Part shown: positions 27,301 to 39,595 of the stretch, one piece after another
How the letters are laid out: every line of letters begins with the position of its first letter
Numbering within the stretch: position 1 is the stretch's first letter
Origin: Ramazzottius varieornatus
Lineage: Eukaryota > Animalia > Tardigrada
Assembly (NCBI GenBank): GCA_001949185.1
Contig: BDGG01000001.1
Span: forward strand, 696,128-760,127
Reading direction: 5' to 3'
DNA length: 64,000 bases
Made by a program: the position numbers and the translations under genes
The notes under the pieces: model-generated
The model's input: only the letters and a program-made list of their open reading frames with translations
Database searches by the model: none
What the model was told of the DNA's origin: nothing

Positions 27301-30300
27301 ACCGGTCACGTTCACCGTGGAGGCTGCTGGTAAACCACCGGTTAGAGTGCGGTGGATGAGGAATGGCAGGGAAATCACGGCCAGCCCGAGAGTCAAGATG
27401 ACCGAGAAGGATGGCGTGTATACTCTGCACATTGCTGAAGTGATGGAAACCGACGCCGGTGATATCACCTGTGAACTGAGTAACGCCGGTGGGAAGGAGT
27501 CGTGTACCGCTCAGCTGAGAATTATCGAGCCGCCCAAGGTGGTGCGCTACCCGGACAGCGTTAGTTTGGAAGAAGGCGAAAGCGCCAAAGTCAAGGTAGG
27601 CAGCTTACACCCGATATTCGGTGTAGAATGTCATAGGAGAAAGGCAGCACTTGATGCGTTTGAGGTTGGGCTGCTTCCGGTCGAGCTTTGGACTGACGTG
27701 TTCTTTAAAACGGATAGGTTTTTTTCACCGAGCTGCTTTGCAGGTATTCTTCCAAAGTGAAACACCATGCACGGCTCGCGTCTTCCGCGACAAGCAAGAG
27801 CTCAAAGAGACCGACCGGCTGAAATGGACCGTCTTCGATGACTACGTTGTCATCCTCTCGAAGGAAATGCTGGTTGACGATACCGGCAAATACCGAGTGG
27901 AGATTGTCAACGACTCCGGCTCGGCCGAATGTATCTTCCCGCTGAAGGTAACCGGCAAACCCGGCGCACCGACCGGTCCTCTCCGCATCACCGACATCAC
28001 CCAGCATCAGTGCACGCTCTTCTGGCGCCCACCAGAAAACGATGGGGGATCCAAGATCCTCAACTATGTCATCGAGCGTAAGGATGTCAGCCGAGAGAAC
28101 TGGGTGGTGGCTAGCAGTTACGTCAAGGAGTGCACCTTTACCGTACAAGGCCTCAACGAGAATGCCGAGTACGAGTTCCGCGTAAGCGCCGTCAACGAGA
28201 ATGGACAGGGACCGCCATTGAACGGTGATGGACCCATTGTGGCCAAGTTACCCTTCGACAGACCGTCGGCACCTGGTGATCCGACGGTGACGGAAATTGG
28301 TGGTGACTTTGTCAACCTGACGTGGGACAAGCCTTCATCTGATGGCGGTGGACGCCTTCAAGGTACGGGGCCATTGAGCTTCATTACTGTTCTGGCTGAA
28401 ATATTGTATTATTTCCAGGTTACTACATCGAGAAGCGCGAGAAGGGAACCGACACCTGGTATCGCATCAACCCTGTGCCTTCGCTGCCCACCATGTTCAA
28501 CGTGCCCAACCTGATTGAAGACCGCGAGTACGAGTTCCGCGTCTATGCCGTCAACGCCGCCGGTCTCAGTCCACCTTCGTCAGCCTCCAAGATTATCAAA
28601 GTCAAGGACCCCAATGCACCTCGCGCACCCGAGTTCATCCGTCCGCTCCGTAACGTCATGGCCACCGAGAACAAGTCGGCCACCCTCGAATGCGAGATTG
28701 ACGGCTTCCCCAAGCCGGAAGTCACATGGTATAAGGGCTCGCGCGAGCTCTTCGACAGTGGCAAGTACATGCAGACGGTCAGAGGCACCACCTACCAGCT
28801 GATCGTCAGTGAGGTCTTTGGTGAAGACGCCGATGAGTATTCCTGTCGCGCCTCGAACAAGGGTGGTAACAAGACCAGCCGCTGCGACTTGGTCATCAAG
28901 ACCGCACCCAAGATTTTCCTCCCATTACGGTTCCAGGTACATCAAATGCTCATCCCTTCCCAGAAAACCTTACCCTACGTTTACTCTGACTTATACATTG
29001 TTGAAATCTTTTGCGCAGGACGTGGCCATCTTCGACAAGGGTGAGGACATCGCTCTAAAAGTGCCCTTCACTGGCTACCCTCATCCCGAAGCAATTTGGA
29101 GGAAGGACACGGAGGATATTGAGACGCAAGCGCACTTCAAGGTCGAGACGGGAGAACGACACGCCATCTTGACCATCAAGGGTGCCGCGCAAGAAGATAA
29201 TGGCAATTACAGGTTGATTGTCAGGAACGAGCTGGGTGAAGATACCTGCGTCATCAAGGTCCAAGTCAACGGTAAAGCGTAACACACATCTTTATAAACC
29301 AACCGCACAAAGTAGTCGGAATACGTTATTCGATCGGAACTCGAATCAGGCTGTCTGTCAACTGTCGCTAGTGACATCAGCGAACCGCAGTCACAGAAAT
29401 AATTATAATGACATTATCCTACGCTTATTATTTTCTGCTTTTAAAATTTGTACCCACTTCGCATCGCTGAGTGACATTACGAGTACTGATTCTGCCTTTC
29501 GTGCGTTATAGATAAACCCGATCCACCTCGGTTCCCGGTGGTTGAGAACATCTGGCACGACTCCATCACGCTTTCCTGGAAGCCACCGCACTACGACGGC
29601 GGTAGTCCCATCACCAACTACGTCATCGAGAAGAAGGAGCATCCCGGTTCGTCGTGGATTCGCGCATCCAGCACACGAGTGTCTTACCATACGGTCACCA
29701 ACCTGAACCCGCTGACCACCTACGAGTTCCGCGTCATCGCCGAGAACCTCTACGGTTCCAGTGGTCCCTCTGAAAGCACGCCACCAGTCGAGACCAAGGA
29801 AGACGAGATGAAGCGACGTCGTCGCAAGCGAGCTGAACAGAAGGATGGCAAGAAGGTCCGAGGAAAGGATGAAGGCAAGGTCGGCGACTACGACAAGTTC
29901 GTCTTCAACGTCCATGACAAGTATGGCAGGAAACCTGTCGATGTCAAGCATGACAGCGTCTATCAGTATTACGACATCCTGGAAGAGATTGGTGTGGGGG
30001 CTTTTGGTGTGGTCCATCGATGCCGAGAAAAAGCCACAGGTAAAATGTGAATTCAGAATTCACGGTTATAGCATGGAAAAAGCGTAGAATATAAAGCAGA
30101 TAATGAGAGCCCGGCCCACGAACCTGAGAAGAGCGCTTTCCCAGTGGCGCACACTTACAGCCAGTATTACCGAAAACGTCCGCCACTTGGAAAAATGATC
30201 TAGCTGGGATTGCATCCGAATTCTGAGCCAAAAATATAGATATAAAACTAGGAAATAAAACGAGAAATGGCAAACCTTATATGTCACAAAAATTTCTGAA

Positions 30301-33300
30301 CTCGGTTTTTATCAAATAAAGCGGATAAATTCGAAATTTATTAATTTTTATCCGCAGGAAATATTTTCGCCGCCAAATTCGTGCCGGTGGAAAGTCAGCA
30401 AGAGAAGCAGTTGATCAAGAAGGAAATCGACATCATGAACCAACTGCATCACCAGAAGCTCATCCACCTCCACGACGCCTTTGAAGATGACGACGAGATG
30501 GTCCTCATCTACGAGTTCATGTCGGGTGGGGAGCTCTTTGAGCGTATCACTGCCGAAGACTACACCATGTCCGAAGCTGAAGTGGTCAACTACATGCGGC
30601 AGATTTGCGAAGCCGTCAGGCACATGCACGACAACAACATTGTCCATCTGGATCTCAAGCCCGAAAATATCATGTGCCAGACCAGGAAGAGCACCAACGT
30701 CAAGGTGATCGACTTTGGGCTGGCTACCAAACTAGACCCCGACTCGGCCGTCAAGATCACGACGGGAACGGCAGAGTTTGCCGCACCGGAAATCGTCGAC
30801 AGGGAACCTGTGGGCTTCTATACGGACATGTGGGCGGTCGGTGTTTTAGCTTACGTCCTGTAAGTTCACAGCCCTTCCGCGAAACCGAAAATGGCATACC
30901 TGTCCAAAAGAAACTTGTTGTTTCACTTTTAATGCTGTTTCGAGGTTGAAACTATAACATTTTGACCGATTATGCAATTACTGTATTCGCAGGTTAACTA
31001 CGTGACTTTTTTGTCGCCGACAAAACTTGTCAGCCCTTTCTGCTGTATTGTGTTGAGCGAAATGTTGCTTCACGCGTTTGTTTTTAGGTTGAGTGGTTTG
31101 TCGCCGTTCGCCGGAGAAGACGATGTGGAGACTCTCCGCAACGTCAAAGCATGTGACTGGAATTTCGAAGATGAAGCCTTTGCCGGTGTCAGCGAAGAAG
31201 GCAAAGACTTTATCCAAAAGCTTCTCCTCAAGAAGAAAGAGTAAGACTGAACATTCCTTGACCGCCAAGTGCAGATTGAGCTGTTTACTATGGATGTGTT
31301 TTCAGAGCCCGTATGACAGCTGCGGAATGTCTGATTCACCCTTGGCTGCTGGGTGAAACACTCAACGAAAGCAACGTTGTGCCCCGAAGCCGCTTGATCA
31401 AAATGCGCAACAAGATGCGCGAACGATACGTACGTGCTATCTCCTATAAGCAACCCTGTTCAAAATTCCGAGCCTCGGCAAATAAGTTCATCTCAATTTT
31501 TCCCCAACTGGCGCACACCATTAGCCAAAAAGTATGACAGCGTACGCCACTGGGGAGCTCGACAAGCTCGTTTCCGCAGGTGACGCACGGTTAAGCCAAT
31601 ATCAATGCAAAAGTGCGCCGCTTGAAATATAAATCTAGGCGAAATCGCTTGCCGACGTCACACTTGGTCGGAAGAACAGGCTTCTGTCACGCTCGTGTAA
31701 TGTGCCGAAAGCCTGGTAAAAAGGATGGGGTTTTGGTCGGGTTCGGCTCTTGTGCGCCCATCATGATTTTTCACACGTTATATTTTGCAGGGTGATTTCT
31801 GGGACAAATCGGTCCTGCCAATCGGTCATATTGCCAACTACAGCGCTCTGCGCAAATTGTACCCTGACAAGTATCACGTCGCTGATACCTATTTCGGTAT
31901 GGTGCATATTTATAGCCGGTTTTGCCTTGTTGGCAGTAGAGTTTCTTACTCTACTCACCACATGTGGTAGTGGCCATCCAGAAATAGCCTGTTGACTCGA
32001 TCTCACTATTAAATTCTTGGCCCTCAGATCGGCGCGAAGCTGGACCACGCTTTGTCATCAAGCCACAAAGTGCGCTGGCCTACGAAGGCCAGAGCACCAA
32101 GTTCTACTGCCGAGTGGTTTCGCTAGAGCCGGCCGTCATCACCTGGTGGCAAGGCACCGAGGAACTCCGCCAGAGTGTCAAGTATATGAAACGCTACGAC
32201 GGCAACGATTACTACCTCATCATCAACCGTTGCAAACTCGACGATAAGGGCGAATACATCGTCCGGGCGGAAAGTGCTTTCGGCAAACGCGAAGAAGTCG
32301 TCTTCCTCAACGTTCAACGTAAGTTCTTTTTCAGGCAGTTTTCTCTTCATAATAAATTTTCCAAGAGAAATTTTATTGAAGTTTGATCTCGAGCAGAATA
32401 TTTCCGAAAAACTTCGTGTTGTTCCTTCTCCGCAAAACATCATATGTTGCTTGTATTTCTAATGCATCCAGGTACAATGACATTGCGGAGGAAGTGTGCA
32501 AACTAACAGTTTCCTAGTGCTCTAACATATCATCCATATGCGTGGTCGCGTAGTATGATTTTCAAAGCTCAAATTGACCGAATGTTGACTGTTTCAGCTT
32601 TGCCACATGAAGAGTTGGCCTTACCACATATGGACATCCCCAAGAGCAAGAAGAACTACGATCTCGTTTACGACTTGGTCGAACAGCCCAAAGACACTGC
32701 GCCCACCTTCAGTTTTGGTCTCCGTCACCGCACCATCCAGCGCGGTATCGGCGTGAAGCTGCTGTGTTGCTTCGATGGTCGCCCTCCGGCAACCTGCGTC
32801 TGGTCCAAAGATGGCCGGGAGATCACCAAGCAGAACACAAGCTACAACATCACGACGGCACATGGCGTGTCCACTCTGGAGATCTTCGCTTGCGAACCAG
32901 AAGATGAGGGCACCTACCGATGTGTAGCCAGTAACAGCCTGGGCGAGTTCGAGACCTCTTGCAAGATCTTCGTCCAAGGTATGCAGCAGAACGGCACTGA
33001 TGGTGGAGGACTGTACGGAGGCAGTGGAGGAGGAGGCGCCACCAGTCGACATTGGAGCTCAGGCAAGAAAGCACCCACACTGGTTCAATAAGTATTCCTC
33101 CTTCCTCGGTGACCTATTCCCTTCTCCATACGTGGTGGCCGACCCTCTTCCACACTCCAGTACACCGTCCTTTCACCATTGCACCACTGCAGACTTTTCT
33201 ACCCACAAAAACGTTTATTCAAGTGCTTTTCCCTCTGCTTGAAGCCGGTGGCGCAGTAAGCCTTTGAAAACACGGATGAAATGCGCCACTCCAGTGCAAG

Positions 33301-35310
33301 TGGCGCAGTTTGTCGGTATTTTATGCAAGCATGCGGTGCGGCGTCGAGGCGAAGTAGTATCACGAACCCTATCCACGAAAAATGTTCCAACGTAGTTTTG
33401 CCAGACAGAAGGTTGGAAGAAGCACAAATAGATATCGATATTTTATGGGTATTATGTTTTGATCATAGATCGAGCAAGTGGAGCAGGTTCGAGCGCTCGT
33501 CGTGCGTCAGCCGCTCTGACCAACGGTTACGACCACTCGGATAGCGGTGATGCACTAGAAAAGGCCCGCAAACTCCGAAAAGATCTGGCCGCTGATGTCC
33601 CAGTCAAGCCACGCAGCAAAGATTCATCTTTGCCACCAGCCAGCAAGGACACCAGCAGCAAAGCCTCCACAAAGTCCAAGGAGCTCATCAGCGACTCGGC
33701 ACCCGCACCAGCTGCTGGAAAGTCATCCCAGCCGGAGAACACTGAGCCACGATTCAGTCAGAAACTCCGCAGCCAGAAAGTCAAGGAGGGCACGTCATTG
33801 ATGCTTGAAGTCAAAGTCAACGCGGTACCCACACCCAAAGTCCAGTGGTTCAAAGATGGCAATGAGGTAAGCTATCTGAAACACCATGATCACCTCCTAT
33901 ACGAGGTACACGCGCACGACAAAAAAATCGCATCATATATCCTACAGTATTTTAGTAGCGTTTTGTGTTCTATTTCACATCAGATGCATTGGTCGATCAG
34001 CGCCTCTTGATGTTCTTCCTACGATTTTTTCATGTACCTTAATTTCACTATGGGCTGTTTTGCCTTGCAGGAAATTGTCAGTGGCGACATTGCCCAAGTC
34101 CGATACGAAAACGGCATTGCCAGCCTAGCTATAGCCGAGATCCTTCTCGAAGATGGCGGTGAGTACATCTGCCGCGCTTCGAATAGCGAAGGTGTCGACG
34201 AAACCTCCTGTGTTATCACGGTCGATGCTGTCCGTTCCAAGCCTCAAGCCGCTGAACGTCAAGAGTCGGCCGATGCTGTAGACGATGCTGGCGATGTTTC
34301 GGCCTCTGAACCAGCCTCAACACCGGCTGCCACACCATCTTCACCCAAAGTACCCAAGGCTGCACCGGCCGAAGGCGAGTCCGCTCCGGTCTTCACACGC
34401 CACCTACAGAGTGCCAACTGCAACGACGGAGACGCTCTGACGTTGGAATGCGAGATTAGCGGGGAACCGGCGGTGGACGCCGTCTGGCTGCACAACGACA
34501 GAGAGATCAAGACTGGTGAAGACTTTAAGTATGTCCAGGAAGGCAACGTCTTCAAGCTGCAAATTGCCGAAATCTTCCCGGAAGACTTTGGCACGTACAC
34601 TTGTGAAGCGTTCAACGCTGTGGGTGAAGCCAGTAGCAGTTGCTCAGTCATCGTTGAAGGTAGGCCCCCACATGCCATAAAGCTAGTTGGGAACACGACA
34701 AACGAAACTCGAGCAGTCTTTAGTCCCCAGTGGCGCACGCTGCCAGCCAATAACACTGGAAACGTGCGCCACTTGGGAAAACGATCTCGTCGAGTTCGCT
34801 TGGTTTTTTTCCAGGTGGCGCACATTTTAATGGATGAAACCCGGAGGCGTGCGCCACATGGGAAAATAAGCATGTCGAGTTTGTTTGCCGAGCTTCCATG
34901 TGAACGGTAAAAGCAACATGGGATTTTCGATTGCAGTACCAGGCGAAGAATTTTTGGGTCCTCGATTCACGACATTCCCTCAATCCGTCACGGTTGAAGA
35001 GGGTTCACCCGCTGTGTTTGAGGTAAACATCAGCAGTGAAACACCCGTTCGAGGTAAGGCATTCTGAATTGTGATTCAATCACTGAGGTACGGAGACAGA
35101 CTGACTGTATTGGTGTTTCTTGCAGTTGAGTGGTGCAAAGTGAACCATCTGTTGGAAGAAAGTGAGCGTTTCAAGTTCCGCGAGTCGGGTGCCACGTTCA
35201 AGCTGGAGATGCCCACCGTCCTACTCACCGACATTGGTCTGTACATGGTCAAAGCTACCAACGAGAATGGCGAATCATCATGTGTCTTCACACTTCACGT
35301 CAAGGGATAA
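322..35310 (+). CDS. unc-22/bt: Twitchin/projectin giant sarcomeric kinase (multi-exon; approx. 32 Ig, 27 FnIII, kinase, low-complexity spacers)
   Basis: Putative ATG at 322 (MSAR-G, donor gtatgt at 335) splices in phase to 615 (GSAAPDAGRPVFTQKP, a twitchin-type Ig1). Order of domains: 6 Ig, low-complexity region, Ig, unique region, 6 Ig (incl. DFRALLQKRKYDKWG..DPNWGDLK linker as in projectin), 8 Fn-Fn-Ig repeats, Fn3-Ig-Fn2-Ig-Fn3-Ig2-Fn2-Ig2-Fn, kinase, 5 Ig, then TAA at 35308-35310. The junctions I checked are in-phase GT-AG. Confidence 0.95.
4546..4742. repeat. Intronic CAAGTGGCGCA-N27-TGCGCCACTTG palindrome family, dimeric copy
   Basis: Two core pairs, outer arms ggaactcgg..aagtcggcag / gatcttgccgagtttgtt; in intron 4526-4876. 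Confidence 0.85.
6281..6441. repeat. Intronic palindrome family, dimeric copy
   Basis: caagtggcacac..gtacgccgcttg then cccaagtggcgaac..gtgcgtcacttggg; in intron 6248-6493. Confidence 0.85.
8193..8375. repeat. Intronic palindrome family, dimeric copy
   Basis: ggcaaacaaactcgatc..caagtggcgca-N27-tgcgccacc..gtgcaccacttgg..gccgagctc. Confidence 0.85.
10080..10250. repeat. Intronic palindrome family, dimeric copy
   Basis: caagtggcgca-N27-tgcgtcacttggg and taagtggcgta-N27-tgcgccacttgag. Confidence 0.85.
13072..13219. mobile_element. MITE with TA-CTGTA termini (intronic)
   Basis: 34-bp TIR tactgtaaatattcgctgcgtccgcgcaatacgt / acgtactgcgcggatgcagcgaatatttacagta (2 mismatches). Confidence 0.85.
13780..13950. 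repeat. Intronic palindrome family, degenerate dimeric copy
   Basis: aaggcgca-N27-tgcgccactta plus an upstream degenerate unit. Confidence 0.7.
14879..15067. repeat. Intronic palindrome family, dimeric copy
   Basis: ggagctcggcaaaacttggcaagatcgttttt..gtggcgca-N27-tgcgccact..gagtttgtttgcggagcttc. Confidence 0.85.
16400..16570. repeat. Intronic palindrome family, dimeric copy (spacers in reverse orientation)
   Basis: aagtggcgca-N26-tgcgtcacttg and aagtgacgca-N27-tgcgccacttg. Confidence 0.85.
17790..17922. repeat. Intronic palindrome family, degenerate copy
   Basis: aagaggcgca..gtgcggcgcttgag..tttgccgaagtc. Confidence 0.55.
20040..20160. repeat. Intronic palindrome family, degenerate copy
   Basis: ctcaagtggtgca..ctgttggctgggagcgtgcattactttgg. 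Confidence 0.65.
24411..24573. repeat. Degenerate intronic foldback
   Basis: tgtcgcagaatat / atatttctggcgaca outer arms; inner gtaggtggtagtcctac / gtaggactaacgcctac. Confidence 0.6.
29960..31345 (+). other. Twitchin Ser/Thr kinase domain (MLCK/CAMK group), apparently catalytically intact
   Basis: GVGAFGVVH (Gly loop), AAKF, HLDLKPEN, VIDFG, GTAEFAAPE, DMWAVGVLAYVLLSGLSPF and HPWL across exons 29512-30039, 30358-30859, 31089-31240 and 31306-. Confidence 0.95.
30106..30230. repeat. Intronic palindrome family, monomeric copy
   Basis: cccagtggcgca-N27-tccgccacttggaaaaatgatct; in a kinase-domain intron. Confidence 0.8.
31469..31660. repeat. Intronic palindrome family, dimeric copy
   Basis: ctggcgca-N27-tacgccact and gtgacgca-N26-tgcgccgcttg. 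Confidence 0.8.
33248..33330. repeat. Intronic palindrome family, partial copy
   Basis: gtggcgca-N26-tgcgccact followed by caagtggcgca. Confidence 0.65.
34681..34897. repeat. Intronic palindrome family, best-preserved dimeric copy
   Basis: cccagtggcgcacgctgccagccaataacactggaaacgtgcgccacttgggaaaacgatct..ggtggcgca-N27-tgcgccacatggg..gagtttgtttgccgagcttc. Confidence 0.9.
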
Positions 35311-35913
35311 AGTCGAACATCAAAAGAGATACGGATACAAATCGAGGAATACCAACGAGAGATACAAAGAAAGACTTGTTTCTACTAATTCGACGAGACT
35401 GAGCAGTCTTGTATTTACGAATAAGCTGAAAAGGAAAGAAAGCATAGCGCATGCAGAAACATTTGTCTTCATATTCATGCTGTTGTTTTGTATATTGCCT
35501 ATCCTGAAAGCGTTGCTCCTCCTGTTCATATCACAATACTATCCCGCCGTTGCTTCCTTCATATCCCATGCATGGCTTGACGTTCTAATAATTTGCCTCT
35601 TCATCATCTGACCCCATTTCTATAGTGAGAACAAAGTAAAGCGAGGGTTCAAAAAGACCCGACGTCGACGTTTGTTTTCCATGGATGACCAGCTGGAAAA
35701 CAGAGGAGGCTTTGGTTCGTAACTTACTGCGGAAAGGGTCTCCGCCCATGAATATCGGCCTTCCAAGCCCGTATGACAGGGGCGGTGCCCCTACGTGGAC
35801 GCCTGTGGTAAAGGCAGCTTGACTCCTCGATTTGCCGTCACAAGACGTCCATGCCGGAGAACTGCTCTGTATACGGGGTCGAAGGGATTAGGGGCAGATA
35901 TTAGGTGCGGAAG

Positions 35914-36038
35914 TACTGTAACGCTTCATGAACTTCGCGAATTACGTCTTGAGGAGCGTGTGTTGTATGGGTGATCTTACCCACAAACCCTACACGCATT
36001 GTGACGTCACTTCGCGAAGTTCATGAAGCATTACAGTA
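35914..36038. mobile_element. MITE with TA-CTGTA termini
   Basis: TIR tactgtaacgcttcatgaacttcgcgaa / ttcgcgaagttcatgaagcattacagta (1 mismatch). Confidence 0.85.
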
Positions 36039-37790
36039 CGACCTGCCCTTTTACGAATGAACACATTTGAAAATTTTTCGCGAGTTTGTTTCTGGTCTTC
36101 GCCCTTCTCCTTAATGTAATGTGTTGTCCACCAACACTCCTCAATTCACGGCAGCAAGAACAAGGTCTGTGCGTTGACAACGGACCACCAAGGAGAAAGC
36201 CGGGTTTAAAGTCAAAGGGGGAAATTATTTTCGCTGTTTTTTCAATTTTTTTCTCCCGGCACGGGCCTTATCAACTTCAAAGCGGATCTTGTCACGCTCT
36301 AGACCAAATTTGGGTCTTTATTATGGCCGTCAGAGGTTTTTCCGAATTCAAACATAGTGCACTCACAAGGGAATCTCAAACTGCGTAAGTTGAAACCATT
36401 AGATAACTTTGATTTTGTTTGATATTCACCCCAACAAGTTTTCGACGTGTCCACTGATATCGTCCAATTAGCAAAAAGTTTTGTCGCGTCTTAGACGGTT
36501 CGCGATTGCAGATAAAGTATTTTGAAACCCGTAACCAAGCGCAGTCGAACAGCCACTTTTTGATCCTTTGTGAGGTTGCTCCGTTTTTAATAGTATTATT
36601 GCTCTACCTCGATTATTTACTTTCAGTAGCTCGTTGATTTAGTCGACCTTTTCCGTTTTGTGCTTTTCCAGCTCAGGTTTCTAGCAACCCGCAGAAACCT
36701 TTGTGAAACCTGAAACGATAATCTCATACAGTTACAACGGTTTCGTGCGGTGATATTTTATAAGACCCAATTGGCTACTTCGGTGATTTTGTTTTCTGCG
36801 TAGCTTTTTGTCAGAAACTGATGGCTCTACTTCTTATTGGCTTAACGAATTTTCATTTGGTGCGCCGGCTCAAAGTGGCGTTAGATGGTGCCTGCGATCA
36901 ACAGCCAATAAAATTGAGAACTGGACAGACGCTGTTTTATGGTGAGATGCTTCAAAATAACATGACCCCACCCCCCGCCATTTTTCAAGGTTAACCTTGG
37001 CATGCACGGTATGATTTTACACTGGGGACTTCTGTTGAAACACTGCTGGCTGATTTCCCAAGAATAAAAATTTTATTTGAAAAATGCTACGGAAGTCTTT
37101 TATAGTTTTGTACATATGTAAAAGGAGTATGTTTGTGCTGCCGCACGGTTATGCGGGTACCGGGGAAGTTCTAGAACTCGTTCGTTTGGTCACGCTGATT
37201 TCGAAAAAGTGCTGCACCAAGTTTTGGTGAAACGTGTATCCCACCGATCATTGTCTACAGATCCACATGTGGACTTCGGAAACGTACGGTCCGCTGGAGA
37301 ACCATCTATCCTAAAAAGGCTAGATTAGCCAAACGTAGGTGGAGTTCGATTAGGTTTGAACCACCAAGTTTCAAATGGTGTACAGGGACTAACTTTGTTG
37401 GGTTCTTCGCTAGTGAATATCGAGAACAGCACCACAGCAAGATTTATGTGCGAGCGCACATAGAGGTCAGATAATGGCGCTATCTAACTTATTTGCTAGT
37501 TTGCTAAGCAATGAGCTGTATTATGAGAACATACGGGCGACACAGAAATTGACACAAAAAATCAGAATTGGAACTGCAAGATAAAAAACTGAAGAAAACG
37601 ACCACGTTAGCAATATCTGGACACCGTTTCCGAATTTTGGGCAAGATTTGAACCAATTCGGACCGAAATTCGGCGAATGCTAGAGCGTACAGTGAAAATA
37701 AATGGACAGCAGTATATATAAATTAGGACACTAGCCGGGTAAAGAAGACAGTTCACTTTTCGCGTTCTACTGTAGGAACACCCACGACGA

Positions 37791-38543
37791 GAAATTATGG
37801 ACCAGTAAAAATTCTGGGCCAGGCCTACCCGCTACGGCGGTACGGAAGAACGTACGTACGCAACTGATTCAAACAAAATACAATTTTCGACACTTTTCTA
37901 TGATTCGATCGCGACGTTTCCCCTGATACTCGAGCAAGGAAAGCGGCTGGGATCCGGAAGACGTTTCCTAACTTCCCATTGCTCTGTATCATGACAATTA
38001 TCCCAAGTTTCACACCTCGCTCCAAGCTCTTATACAGTTTCCTTTGCAGAACTTGTTTGGTAAATTCAGCCGTGAACAATCTGTTCTGCCACCCGCTTAA
38101 AACTTAACTGATGACTTTGACATCTCCCATATTCTGGCAGCGTTCGGTGTCGCAGTGATCAGATTGTAAGATATAATCAACGACAGAGCGCGCTGCTATG
38201 GCCATACTCATTGTGGCCATAACGAGGGTTGTTACATCCGTTGTAACGAAAATGCCGGAACATAATGTGTAATGTAACTGGAATCACTTTTCGGCCAGCC
38301 AGCATAACCAGCGCCATCTTCAGGATTCCCGCCCAAACGTCACTGGTTGTTAACTGTAAAGATTTATCCCATTTCGGTGGAGCAGAACCGAGCGACAGTA
38401 GCGAATGGATACTACACACGCACGTTGGGAAATTATGGGACAGTAAAAAATAATGAGACAGGCCTTTCCGCCACGGCGGTGCGGAAGCACGTACGCACAC
38501 AACCGATTGACACTGATGTAAAGTACTTTTCAACACTTTTCTA
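37791..38543. repeat. Diverged direct repeat (~110 bp; 37791-37900 vs 38429-38543)
   Basis: gaaattatgg..cagtaaaaa..caggcct..cgc(t/c)acggcggt(a/g)cggaag(a/c)acgtacg..cacttttcta in both copies. Confidence 0.7.
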
Positions 38544-39595
38544 CGGTTGAATTTCCATTTTTCCGTCCTTCCCGCCTGTCCCATAATTACCCATCGTGAG
38601 TGTTCATCAAATGTTGTCAATTTCCGCCGTACTCTTCGGCGGAAATTGAGTCTTCTTCTAATCCTTCTTCTAATCCTGAGAAAACGTCTGAGAGGAAATG
38701 TTAAATGTTCCGGGTGTTTCTCTTGGTTGGAAGGCGTTTATTGTGCCGAGACACTGAAAACCACTTCCTAGCATTAGTCGGGACCGAAACGGTAGCCACA
38801 TTCCGGCACTTCATAACACACACTTGTCCCCCGCTAGGAGATTTGGGCGTATCAAAAGGGACTTTACCTTCTGTTATCTTACACTTCAGGACCTCCATGG
38901 TTTCCCATTGAAGACAGCAATAAGCAAAATCCTGTCGTGATCGGATTGTATCATTTAGATACAGCTGTGCTGAACTCTTATGCAATTGCGGTATCCTACG
39001 CGCCAGCCCACGCTCTGTGTTACGTCTTATATCAGCATAAATATCAGGGGAACCGACCTTGACTAAGCAGCCACACATGGCTGCTCAAAGCACACACCCT
39101 CCCCATTCGCATCAAAGGGATGTTCGATACCAATCCCTGAGTATACACCCAAGCACAAAGAATCTTACGGTTCATGCAATCCAGAACAAATTTAGTCCCA
39201 TTCTGAACCAGAGGATTTTTACGTGATTCTCTTTGAGGAATCGGTGGCTCGGAATATCCAATAGCCTTTTTTTCCGGATGGTTTACGGTATTTTCGGATA
39301 AGATCTTGGACCTGTTGACGAGGATGTTCTCATTATCGAGTCAGGAATGCGAGGGAATGATTGATTCTCTCTCGGAAGACGGGCGGACGGAATACGACTA
39401 GTCAATGGCGCGGAGATGACTAGAAAAAAGGCTCGCTCTCTATTCCGGTAAATAATTAGAGCGTCCAACGATGTTGCTCTACTGATGAGCAAACGAACCG
39501 TCTACCCAAGTCTCTCCTCTGTTCTATTCAGGTACTAGCGGTGCGTCAGTTGAAGAGGCCTCAGCGGTACTCGAGCTTGGCTTCATTGGTGTGAT

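Noticed and set aside
590-35300. Many long minus-strand and off-frame ORFs over twitchin (e.g. 10425-11210, 19305-20093, 20945-21979)
   Set aside because: Antisense or frame shadows of codon-biased twitchin exons; no independent domain signal.
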